Assembly: GCA_001797665.1 (NCBI GenBank)
Contig: MGQA01000109.1
Span: forward strand, 1-57,385
Length of the DNA stretch: 57,385 bases
DNA from: Deltaproteobacteria bacterium GWF2_42_12
Lineage (GTDB): Bacteria; Desulfobacterota; GWC2-55-46; UBA9637
Reading direction: 5' to 3'
Part shown: piece after piece, positions 18,022 to 26,233 of the stretch
Numbering within the stretch: position 1 is the first letter of the stretch
Layout of the letters: the number at the start of each line of letters is the position of its first letter
Made by a program: the position numbers and the translations under genes
Notes under the pieces: model-generated
Database searches by the model: none
Seen by the model: only the letters and a program-made list of their open reading frames with translations
Told to the model about the DNA's origin: nothing

Positions 18022-18900
18022 CTATTTTACATTAATCAGATATACGGCAATAATAGCCGTCAACCCGCCGACAATCGTTGACACCCTCGGCTGTTCACCC
18101 AGAAAGAACCAGCTAAAGACAACTGCACTGGACGGGACTAAAAAGACAAACGAGCTTGCCCTGTGCGAGCCGAGTCGGTTTGATGCGAAAAAATATACGG
18201 TTGTGGCAAGGCCGCTGGATATGACCGAGAGATATATCATGTTGAACCAGAAGAGATTATCCTGACCTGCAATGGATAATGTTCCGTGAGCCAGACAGAG
18301 AAAAAAGAAGAGCACGGCGCAAAAGCCGGATGTAAAAAGATTGAAGAAAAGCGGAGAGATGGAACTGCCCGACTTCTGGCTGCAAATGGTCAGGAGCGCC
18401 CAGAGAACGGCGCCGAGCAAAAAATAAAGATTACCGTGCATAAAAATCTTATTCGCATCCAGCGTCCAGACCTGAAGGAGTATGCCGCCTCCGATAACGC
18501 CTAATGTCAATCCCAGGAAATCTCTGGCTGATATGCTTCGTCTGAAGAATAAAACTGACAAGGCAAAAGTTATGATGGGAATCATCGTGGTAACAAGAAC
18601 GCCTGCTGCTCCGGCAAAACCATATGTCAAACCCTTAAAAAACACATAGAGGTAAAGCCCCATGAAAACAGAGCCTAATATCGTATAGACAAGACCATGT
18701 CTGTTGAGTCTGACCGGCTCTTTCAGAAAAAGCAAGATAGGGGCTAACGAAATAAAGGTAATGATAAATCTCCAGAAGGTGAGGGTTTCAGGAGGCAATG
18801 TATCGGCAATGGCCTTTGCCGAAACCCAGCTCCCGCCCCAGATAATCATGGAAATGACCATGAAAAAAACGAATAAAAAAGTTTTGTTTGAGGTATTCAT
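18022..18900 (-). CDS. DMT superfamily (EamA-like) transporter
   Basis: 292 aa with 10 hydrophobic segments arranged as two EamA-like halves. Confidence 0.75.
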   Translation of the reverse strand: MNTSNKTFLFVFFMVISMIIWGGSWVSAKAIADTLPPETLTFWRFIITFISLAPILLFLKEPVRLNRHGLVYTILGSVFMGLYLYVFFKGLTYGFAGAAGVLVTTMIPIITFALSVLFFRRSISARDFLGLTLGVIGGGILLQVWTLDANKIFMHGNLYFLLGAVLWALLTICSQKSGSSISPLFFNLFTSGFCAVLFFFLCLAHGTLSIAGQDNLFWFNMIYLSVISSGLATTVYFFASNRLGSHRASSFVFLVPSSAVVFSWFFLGEQPRVSTIVGGLTAIIAVYLINVK

Positions 18901-18942
18901 ATCACCTTTTCATCTAACGGTTATTGGAAAACTCTCTTGATT

Positions 18943-19010
18943 GTCATTGCGAACGCAGAGAAGCAATCTTATTTTGCGGGGATTGCCACGGGCTTCGCCC
19001 TCGCAATGAC
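18943..19010. repeat. GTCATT...AATGAC palindromic element, copy 2; supplies the nnr C-terminus and stop
   Basis: GTCATTGCGAACGCAGAGAAGCAATC...GATTGCCACGGGCTTCGCCCTCGCAATGAC with perfect 10-bp termini. The nnr reading frame ends at 18969 inside it (tail ..NVIARAKPVAIPAK). Confidence 0.65.
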
Positions 19011-20681
19011 ATTCTTTTTATTTCTCGACGGCAGATCATCTATAAAGAAGCCAATCACCTTTGGCAAAATATTAAGAATGTCTGTTGCAATCATCCCCAC
19101 CTGCCCCTTTTTTTTCGCCACCTCATCACCTGCAAGACCGTGCATATACACAGCTATCGTGGATGCATCAAGAGGGGTATATCCCTGGGCAATAAAACCA
19201 CCTATCATGCCAGCCAATACGTCGCCTGTGCCTGCTGTTGCCATGCCAGGATTTCCTGTGGGGTTTATAAAAATTTTCCCAGAGGGCTCTGCAATAACCG
19301 TTCTTGCCCCTTTCAGCACCACGATAACCTTATTCTCTTTTGCAAACCTTGATGCTATGCCGAGCCTGTCTGCCTGAACATCCTTTGCCGTTAAACCAAC
19401 GAGCCTTGCCATCTCTCCGGGATGGGGCGTAAGAACAATCGGGGCTTTAGCCTTTTTCAAAACATTCACCCCCACACCAAAACTTTTGGTGTGGGGGTTT
19501 ACATCATCAACAAAGCAATTTATGCCATCAGCGTCAATGACTAAAGGAATCTTCGACGCAACAATGAGTCTTAAAACAAGCTTCTTCACGGATTCTTCGG
19601 CTGTAAGTCCGGGGCCAAGCACAACCACTTCTTTATCTTTAATAAATCGCAGTATGCTGTCAATTGCCTCATACGCAAGTATACCTAACCCCCCTTTTCC
19701 CCCCTTTGGTAAAGGGGAGACTATGGGGAGTTCAGGCAAAGGCAATGTCATAACCTCTGTTAGCTTTCTTGCCATAACTTGATTGAGGCTTTTTGGAATA
19801 CCCAGGGTAACAAGGCCAGCCCCGCATCTCATTGCGCCAAGAGATGTCATTGCGGCAGCGCCGGTCTTTCCAACAGAGCCGGCAAGAACAAATACATGGC
19901 CATAACTTCCTTTATGCGTATTGCCATACCTTGGCTTTAAGATTTTTTTTATTACCTCACGGTCAAGGAGTTCCCAACGAATCTTCTCATCTTTGAGAAG
20001 CGGCTGCGGCATACTGATATCAACCGCTTCAACCCTTCCTGCATAATCTACACCAGGATAGATTAAAAGCCCTATCTTTGGAACCGCCATTGTTGCTGTT
20101 ATTGTTGCCTTCACGCAACTACCCAGAACCCTGCCATTTGAGGCATTAAGGCCAGAAGGAATATCAACGGATACAACCGGTTTGTTGAGGCTATTTATGA
20201 ACTCTATAACATCCTTTTGAATCCCTTTTATATCTGCTGAAAGTCCTGTGCCAAAGATTGCATCCACAATCAAGCTTGAATGTCGTATAGCAGATTTATA
20301 TTTCTTTAAGCCTTTTGCTGATAAAATCTCTATTACCTCTCCGCCCATCTTTTCCCATATATTCAAATTTACCTTCGCATCGCCTTTAACATCTCGTCTT
20401 TGTGCGAGCAGGTAGACGCATACCTTAAAACCCTTATTGAGCAAATGCCTTGCTACAACAAACCCATCGCCGCCGTTGTTTCCTTTACCTGCAAAAATAG
20501 AAATCCTTTTGCCTTCGTATGGGAGGGGCTTGTCCCCTCCCGTAAGGCCGCCAAAATCCCTCTCAATAATCTCAGCCGCACCCCTGCCTGCATTCTCCAT
20601 GAGCACAAGCCCGGATATGCCATACTCCTTTATGGCCTTCTCATCCAACTGCCTCATTGTATCTGAATCAACGATTTTCAC
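18969..20681 (-). CDS. nnr: bifunctional NAD(P)H-hydrate repair enzyme (epimerase / ADP-dependent dehydratase)
   Basis: 570 aa. YjeF_N motif FAGKGNNGGDG. C-terminal carbohydrate-kinase motifs HKGSYGHVFVLAGS and GTGDVLAGMIGG. GTG start with AGGAGG upstream. Confidence 0.9.
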   Translation of the reverse strand: MKIVDSDTMRQLDEKAIKEYGISGLVLMENAGRGAAEIIERDFGGLTGGDKPLPYEGKRISIFAGKGNNGGDGFVVARHLLNKGFKVCVYLLAQRRDVKGDAKVNLNIWEKMGGEVIEILSAKGLKKYKSAIRHSSLIVDAIFGTGLSADIKGIQKDVIEFINSLNKPVVSVDIPSGLNASNGRVLGSCVKATITATMAVPKIGLLIYPGVDYAGRVEAVDISMPQPLLKDEKIRWELLDREVIKKILKPRYGNTHKGSYGHVFVLAGSVGKTGAAAMTSLGAMRCGAGLVTLGIPKSLNQVMARKLTEVMTLPLPELPIVSPLPKGGKGGLGILAYEAIDSILRFIKDKEVVVLGPGLTAEESVKKLVLRLIVASKIPLVIDADGINCFVDDVNPHTKSFGVGVNVLKKAKAPIVLTPHPGEMARLVGLTAKDVQADRLGIASRFAKENKVIVVLKGARTVIAEPSGKIFINPTGNPGMATAGTGDVLAGMIGGFIAQGYTPLDASTIAVYMHGLAGDEVAKKKGQVGMIATDILNILPKVIGFFIDDLPSRNKKNVIARAKPVAIPAK

Positions 20682-20828
20682 CCGTTAGACCTCCTGTCCC
20701 CATCAGATCCCTTTCTTATATGAGAAATTTTAAAAACGCCATCGTAAATACTCAAAAAGGTCTAACGGGGTTCATGGTTTGAAAAAAATATCACACTCAA
20801 CATGGTTTTGCAATTTTAAACACTCTCC

Positions 20829-20853
20829 GTAAAAATCAATGTCTATTTTTGGG
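20829..20853. repeat. second copy of the AAAAATCAATGTCTATTTTTGG hairpin
   Basis: GTAAAAATCAATGTCTATTTTTGGG, which is 22 nt identical to 6665-6686. It lies in the divergent nnr / tRNA-Lys spacer. Confidence 0.6.
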
Positions 20854-20992
20854 CCTATTTAATTTCTATTTAATGTAGTGTTTTTCCTTGACCGGTTATA
20901 ATAGATTCTGCTATATTAATGAACCTTTCAATATCTGCAAACTGCAATTACTTCCCATAATTGCGATGCAAAAATTAAGAGAATTTAAAAAT

Positions 20993-21068
<76 letters not shown>

Positions 21069-21386
21069 AGCTTAGCTTGGTGTTGGCGCGCTCAGCGTAT
21101 CCACCAGTAAAATCAAAGGGTTATGCATTATCATATACCCTTTTTATTTGCACCTATTTTTCTCTCATCTGTAGACAATGAAAAAAAGTGTGCTATGCTA
21201 TACCAAGTCATACTGGTAGAGGAAGACTTAGCATACTTGACCTATAATTAAAGAATATTGTTGGAAATAAATATACTTATTATAGGCTTCGCTTGGAATA
21301 CTTTCCATTCACCCCCGTGTTTATCCGCCATAGGCGAAGGGCTTTCTGATGTGGTCGAAATAAGCGTTAAGAGAGGGGCCGTATTC

Positions 21387-22475
21387 ATGGAACAGACAAA
21401 CAAGGGGACTATTTTAGCAGTTGACGATGACCCATTTGTGCTTAGCGCTACTTCCGAGTTACTTATCAGCCGCGGCTATACTGTTACTGCCCTCAATGAC
21501 CCTCGCGAAGCTGTAAAAAAGCTGCAAACTACCTCATTTGACATTATCTTATCAGATATAATGATGCCTAAGCTTAATGGTATTGAACTGCTCAAAATCA
21601 TCCACAAAAATTATCCTGATACGCCTGTAATCCTGATGACCGCATTCGCTGAACTGGATACTGCTGTAAATGCAATAAGGGAAGGCGCTTTTGATTTTAT
21701 TATAAAACCTTACAAGGCAGAATATCTTTTCTTTACTATTGAAAAGGCTATTAGATTTAAGAAGATTATAGAGCTTGAAAAAAATTATAAGACACTATTG
21801 GAAGAACTTGTTCGGGAAAGAACTAAAAAACTTGCAGATGCCCTCACTTCCTTAAAAGAATCAAGCCTTGAAATGGTAAATAGGCTTACGGTTGTAGCAG
21901 AATATAGGGATACTGAAACAGGGGCGCATATATCAAGGATGGGTTTTTATGCGCAAAAGGTTGCAGGGGTATTAAAAATGCCTGCGTCCCTTATAGAGAC
22001 AATCGGACAACCAGCAATGATGCACGATATCGGAAAAATTGCTATCCCTGATAAAATTCTTTTAAAGCAAGGGCCGCTTACAAAGGAGGAATTTGAGGTT
22101 ATAAAAACTCACACAACCATTGGATATAATATGCTTGCTGGTTCAGTGCATAAAAATATTCAGATGGCTGCTAATATTGCCTTAAATCATCATGAAAAAT
22201 ATGATGGCTTAGGGTATCCACGAGGGCTGAAAGGCAAGGAAATACCTATAGAGGGTATGATAGTAATGATATGCGATGTGTATGACGCCTTGATGAGTAA
22301 GAGGCCTTACAAACGTGCTTTTTCTCACGATGAGGCATTTAAAATCATTACAGAAGGGGATGGCAGAACTAGACCAGAAGACTTCGATCCTGTAGTATTA
22401 AAGGCATTTAAAGAGGCAGCGCCAGCGCTTGAAGATATTTTTCATAAAAATCAAGAACTAAAACCCTCAATATAA
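21387..22475 (+). CDS. response regulator receiver fused to an HD-GYP domain (c-di-GMP phosphodiesterase type)
   Basis: Receiver: ILAVDDDPF..., ILSDIMMPKLNG, ..MTAF. HD-GYP: MMHDIGKIAIP ... HHEKYDGLGYPRGLKG. Start at MEQTNKG with GAGAGGGG SD. The ORF track starts 129 nt earlier. Confidence 0.85.
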   Translation: MEQTNKGTILAVDDDPFVLSATSELLISRGYTVTALNDPREAVKKLQTTSFDIILSDIMMPKLNGIELLKIIHKNYPDTPVILMTAFAELDTAVNAIREGAFDFIIKPYKAEYLFFTIEKAIRFKKIIELEKNYKTLLEELVRERTKKLADALTSLKESSLEMVNRLTVVAEYRDTETGAHISRMGFYAQKVAGVLKMPASLIETIGQPAMMHDIGKIAIPDKILLKQGPLTKEEFEVIKTHTTIGYNMLAGSVHKNIQMAANIALNHHEKYDGLGYPRGLKGKEIPIEGMIVMICDVYDALMSKRPYKRAFSHDEAFKIITEGDGRTRPEDFDPVVLKAFKEAAPALEDIFHKNQELKPSI

Positions 22476-22477
22476 AA

Positions 22478-22510
22478 GGCTTAGATAGGAAAGCTAAGCC
22501 CTTTATATTT
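22478..22510. terminator. bidirectional intrinsic terminator between convergent genes
   Basis: GGCTTAG-ataggaaag-CTAAGCC followed by CTTTATATTT. The reverse strand gives the same stem followed by TTTTATATT. Confidence 0.5.
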
Positions 22511-22555
22511 CACCCCTACCCAAATCAATTTTTAATCAATGCCGAATTGTCGGCA

Positions 22556-23026
22556 TCAATGCCTAAATTTATTGTGGCACATGTTGCAATTATTGATTAG
22601 TTCTGCTAATGCTGTAAGGGCATTATCCCGATTACCTGCCTTAGCTGCCTCTGATAGCTCATCTGCCTTTAAATGGACAGCCTTGCCGAGTTTCATAAAG
22701 TCCGGCTCTCTTGTCATCTTTTCAACCATTGAACAGCGCTTCTCCTCTTCCTCAGTCCAGCCTAATTTGTCTTTTGCTATCTCTGCTGCCTTATTTAAAT
22801 CATTGACTGCAAGCGCTGCCGCAATCTCGCTTAAAGTATCCATATGCTGGCGCATCATCTGCTTCTGCATAGTCTTCATAGCTTCAGGGAGTTTGAGCTC
22901 AGTCCTGTCATCTGATTTCTGCCCCTCTTGTTTCATCATCTCGTGCCTGTGGCTGTGCTCAGCAGCGCAGGAAACGCCCCCTGTCAAGAAAATTGCAGTT
23001 ACTGCCATTGCTAAAATATGTTTCAT
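22556..23026 (-). CDS. periplasmic class II (cytochrome c'-like) c-type cytochrome with a His/Met-rich N-terminal segment
   Basis: Signal peptide, predicted all-helical body and a single heme motif CNMCH four residues from the C-terminus. His/Met-rich stretch EHSHRHEMMKQ...MKTMQKQMMRQHM. Confidence 0.5.
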   Translation of the reverse strand: MKHILAMAVTAIFLTGGVSCAAEHSHRHEMMKQEGQKSDDRTELKLPEAMKTMQKQMMRQHMDTLSEIAAALAVNDLNKAAEIAKDKLGWTEEEEKRCSMVEKMTREPDFMKLGKAVHLKADELSEAAKAGNRDNALTALAELINNCNMCHNKFRH

Positions 23027-23045
23027 TCATTTCTCCTTTCTTTTT

Positions 23046-23468
23046 TTAATTCCTAAACATTGTATGGCACTGCACGCACCCGTCTAAAAGCTTATGGGTC
23101 ATATCCTGAACCTTTTTCATATCGCCTTTTCTTGAGGCAACAATAAGCGCCTCCATCTCTTTATGAAACCGTTCGTCCATCTCAATAAATTGCTTCATTT
23201 TGTCGCTGTTTTTAGGGAGTTTCAGCCCGCCTTTCTTGATTGCCTTTTCTGTATTGGCCTTTGCCTTATGCACTTCATGGAATGGCTCCTCTATAGCCTT
23301 TGGATTGTTGAGCACAAGAGCATTTATTAAGTTAATAAATGCTGCATTAAGCAGCCTCATCTCAACCTTGATTGGACTTTCATTTTCTCCTGCCTTTGCC
23401 TCCTCTGTATACCCTGCTGTTGTTTGTAATACAACAGAAACAATTACACTTAAAATAAATATTCTCAT
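23046..23468 (-). CDS. periplasmic class II (cytochrome c'-like) c-type cytochrome
   Basis: Start at MRIFILSVIV (signal peptide). C-terminal CVQCHTMFRN. Same size and layout as the downstream paralog. Confidence 0.5.
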   Translation of the reverse strand: MRIFILSVIVSVVLQTTAGYTEEAKAGENESPIKVEMRLLNAAFINLINALVLNNPKAIEEPFHEVHKAKANTEKAIKKGGLKLPKNSDKMKQFIEMDERFHKEMEALIVASRKGDMKKVQDMTHKLLDGCVQCHTMFRN

Positions 23469-23593
23469 AGCTTGTTTCCTCCAATATCTATTGATATATG
23501 TAGCCCTTACAGCGAAATGTATAATATAACGGCAAATTAATTCAAACAAAAAAATTTAAGATAGTCAATTATAATCAGACCGAATAGCAGCAG

Positions 23594-23621
23594 TTGACAA
23601 TATAAAAAATTAGGCTATAAT
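23594..23621 (+). promoter_or_regulatory. near-consensus sigma70 promoter for the SmbP-like gene
   Basis: TTGACA (23594-23599)-N16-TATAAT (23616-23621), about 57 nt upstream of the ATG. AAAGGAGG SD. Confidence 0.55.
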
Positions 23622-23677
23622 TTTGTCACCAAAAGATATCAAGGTATTCGCCTTGAAAAACCGAAAGGAGGAAAAAT

Positions 23678-23968
23678 ATGGGCAAAAGGATGGTGTTTAA
23701 TCTGATTATATCTTTTCTCGTAGCTGTAGCTTTCAGCATAGCCAATCCGGTAGCATCCATAGCCGGAGGTGAAGAACATGCAAAAGAAGGGGTAAAGCAT
23801 GTAAAGGAAGGGATAATGCATGTTAAGGAAGCTATCAAGCATCTTGAGCAATCCAGCGACCCACATGCTAAAGAGGCTGTTGAGCATGCAAAAGAGGCTA
23901 TTGAGCATGCTGAAGAGGCAATATCACATGGTGAAAGCGCCAGCGGTTCATCAAAGAAGAAGTACTAA
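23678..23968 (+). CDS. small periplasmic His-rich metal-binding protein (SmbP-like)
   Basis: 96 aa. Signal peptide followed by repeated helical H-x-K-E-(A/G) units (EEHAKEGVKHVKEGIMHVKEAIKHLE...HAKEAVEHAKEAIEHAEEAISHGE). Confidence 0.55.
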   Translation: MGKRMVFNLIISFLVAVAFSIANPVASIAGGEEHAKEGVKHVKEGIMHVKEAIKHLEQSSDPHAKEAVEHAKEAIEHAEEAISHGESASGSSKKKY

Positions 23969-23992
23969 TAGCGCTGAAAGAAAACATATCGC

Positions 23993-24144
23993 AGCAATAT
24001 GCGGCCCCACAGTAAACCCCGTTAGAGAACTTTGTTCTCTAATGATTATACAGAGTTAAGAAGTTTTCTCAACCGCCGTCCGCCTAAGGCGGAGGAGTCG
24101 GCGGCTTTCTCTAACGGGGTAAAAGAACTGCGGGGCCGCATTGT
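23993..24144. repeat. about 150-nt multi-stem inverted-repeat element between the SmbP-like gene and hpf-CSD
   Basis: Outer arms CAATATGCGGCCCCACAGT / ACTGCGGGGCCGCATTG. Inner arms AAACCCCGTTAGAGAA / TTCTCTAACGGGGT. Internal hairpins TTAGAGAAC-TTT-GTTCTCTAA and CCGCC..CCGCCTAAGGCGG..GGCGG. Confidence 0.55.
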
Positions 24145-24148
24145 TTTA

Positions 24149-24177
24149 TTGACAAGAATGAAGAAAATAAAGATAAT
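24149..24177 (+). promoter_or_regulatory. candidate sigma70 promoter for hpf-CSD
   Basis: TTGACA (24149-24154)-N17-GATAAT (24172-24177), 50 nt upstream of the ATG at 24228. AAGGAG SD. Confidence 0.45.
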
Positions 24178-24227
24178 AGAAATGCCTGCGATAATTGAAT
24201 TTTACTCTTAATAAAAGGAGATTACCT

Positions 24228-24764
24228 ATGAAACTTGAACTGCAAATCGCTTCTCACAATTTTGAACTCACGGAGCCGCTGCGTGAACTCATACGCGAAA
24301 AGGCAGAAAAACTGGACAGTTTTTACGAGCATATCATGCGATGCAGGGTTGTGGTGGAAGTTCCCCATCGCCACAAGCATAAGGGCATCCTCTATAACAT
24401 AAATATTTATATAACAGTGGCAGGCGGAGAGGTTGTGGTAAAACGCGAACCAAATGAAGATATATACGTAGCCATAAGGGACGCCTTTGACACAGCGCGC
24501 CGCAAACTTGAAGATTATGCCAGAAAACAGCGGGGTGATATAAAATCTCATGAGGAAATACCGCATGCGAGGGTAAGCGCATTATTCCCAGACAAGGGAT
24601 ATGGCTTCTTAACAACCGGTGACGGCAGGGATATATATTTTCACGAAAACAGCGTGCTGAATAGCGAATTTAAACAGCTTAAACTCGGCTCTGTAGTACA
24701 TTTTGCAGAAGAACAGGGAGAAAAAGGGCCTCAGGCAAGCACAGTAAGGGTAATAGTAAAATAG
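24228..24764 (+). CDS. HPF/RaiA (S30AE) ribosome-associated domain fused to a cold-shock domain
   Basis: N-terminus: MKLELQIASHNFELTEPLRELIREKAEKL...YVAIRDAFDTARRKLEDY (S30AE pattern). C-terminus: ARVSALFPDKGYGFLTTGDGRDIYFHENSV...GSVVHFAEEQGEKGPQASTV (CSD RNP1-like KGYGFL and FHxxxV). Confidence 0.8.
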   Translation: MKLELQIASHNFELTEPLRELIREKAEKLDSFYEHIMRCRVVVEVPHRHKHKGILYNINIYITVAGGEVVVKREPNEDIYVAIRDAFDTARRKLEDYARKQRGDIKSHEEIPHARVSALFPDKGYGFLTTGDGRDIYFHENSVLNSEFKQLKLGSVVHFAEEQGEKGPQASTVRVIVK

Positions 24765-24885
24765 TTCATGCTGAAAAATTCATCATGAACTTGATTACAC
24801 AGATTACAATCAGATTACGCCGATTAAAGATTTAGTTGTCAACCATTCTTCAGTGGCAACTAAATAGGTCTTTTCTTTTATAAAA

Positions 24886-25848
24886 CTAAAGCGGAAAATG
24901 GCAGGCAGCCAACCGATTATCTCTCCTTGGCTCTAATAGAGGCACTTCTATCCTGCATCTCTCCTGTGCATAAATGCACCTTGTATGAAATACACATCCT
25001 GACGGCGGGTTTATCGGGCTTGGTATTTCGCCTTTCAGTATAATCCTTTTCTTCTTTGTTTTGGGGTCAGGCATGGGAACTGCTGACAAGAGCGCCTCTG
25101 TATAAGGATGCACAGGATGGCGGTAAATTTCTTTGGATGTTGCTATTTCCATAATCTTTCCCAGATACATGACCGCAACCCTGTCGCTTATATATTCCAC
25201 AACACGCAGGTCATGGGCAATAAAAAGATAGGTCAGGTCAAACTCCTTTTGAAGTTCTCTAAAAAGGTTTATAATCTGCGCCTGGATGGAAACATCCAAA
25301 GCTGATATGGGTTCGTCTGCAATAATAAATTTTGGATTCAAAGCCAAAGCCCTGGCAATGCCGATTCTCTGTCTCTGTCCTCCGCTGAATTCATGGGGAT
25401 AGAGCGAGATGGAATTCTTTGGAAGGCCGACAATATCAACAAGTTTTTTTACCCTTTCCGCTTTTTCTGCGCCACTTGCTACCTTATGTATGCTTAATGC
25501 CTCTCCTATAATCTCTCCAACAGGCATCCTCGGATTGAGGGACGCATAAGGGTCCTGAAAGATTATCTGCAACTCCCTTCTTACCGATTTAAGCCCTTTT
25601 GATTTTAGATGGGTTATATCCCTGCCATCAAAGATTATATTGCCTGCTGTCGGCTCCATCAGCCTTGCAACAATCCGTCCCAACGTGGACTTTCCACAGC
25701 CGCTCTCACCAACAAGGCCGAATATCTCTCCTTTCTCTACAGAAAAACTCACCCCCTCAACTGCATGGACAATGCCGGCGCTTTTCTTAAACATGCCGCC
25801 ACAGGCTGGAAAGTGTTTTGTGATGTTATTTAATGTGAGAAGTTGCAT
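24886..25848 (-). CDS. oppF: oligopeptide/dipeptide ABC transporter ATP-binding protein
   Basis: Walker [10 protein letters not shown], signature FSGGQRQRIGIARAL, Walker B FIIADEPISALD and the C-terminal oligopeptide-type extension ..PSGCVFHTRC. Confidence 0.85.
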   Translation of the reverse strand: MQLLTLNNITKHFPACGGMFKKSAGIVHAVEGVSFSVEKGEIFGLVGESGCGKSTLGRIVARLMEPTAGNIIFDGRDITHLKSKGLKSVRRELQIIFQDPYASLNPRMPVGEIIGEALSIHKVASGAEKAERVKKLVDIVGLPKNSISLYPHEFSGGQRQRIGIARALALNPKFIIADEPISALDVSIQAQIINLFRELQKEFDLTYLFIAHDLRVVEYISDRVAVMYLGKIMEIATSKEIYRHPVHPYTEALLSAVPMPDPKTKKKRIILKGEIPSPINPPSGCVFHTRCIYAQERCRIEVPLLEPRRDNRLAACHFPL

Positions 25849-25871
25849 AAAGTTTTGAGAACAAGAAAAAC

Positions 25872-26061
25872 TCCACCCCCTGCACCCCCGCCAGCGGGGG
25901 ACAAGACTGTGTCCCTCTCTGGAGGGTGCTATTTGTTTATCCCCATCTGGAGGGGGTAGGGGGAGGATTGTCCTCCAACTGTAAATATCCCTTCTCTGTC
26001 CCCCACTGATGGGTAGCTATTCCTTCTCTGTCCCACTCTGGCGGGGGATCAAGGGGGTGGA
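25872..26061. repeat. about 190-bp element with about 38-bp terminal inverted repeats in the oppD-oppF spacer (MITE-like)
   Basis: Left end TCCACCCCCTGCACCCCCGCCAGCGGGGGACA. The reverse complement of the right end is TCCACCCCCTTGATCCCCCGCCAGAGTGGGACA. An extra internal copy of the right arm lies at about 25989-26012. Confidence 0.55.
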
Positions 26062-26233
26062 CTGTTCCATGTGTTTTTTGATATTTTTTCCATCTTTCGT
26101 TTTCCTGTCATAATGTTCCCTGGTAGATTGCATTCAATTGATTAGACATAACATTCTTTTATATCTCCATACATCTTTTAGCGAATTTCAGGTCAATTTG
26201 TGCGGAGATTCACCACAAATTAGATAGGGCAAA

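Noticed and set aside
20888-20918. Promoter for tRNA-Lys (TTGACC ... TATATT).
   Set aside because: Spacing to any acceptable -10 is 19 nt, or else the -10 is poor (CTATAT at 17 nt). Not convincing enough to annotate.
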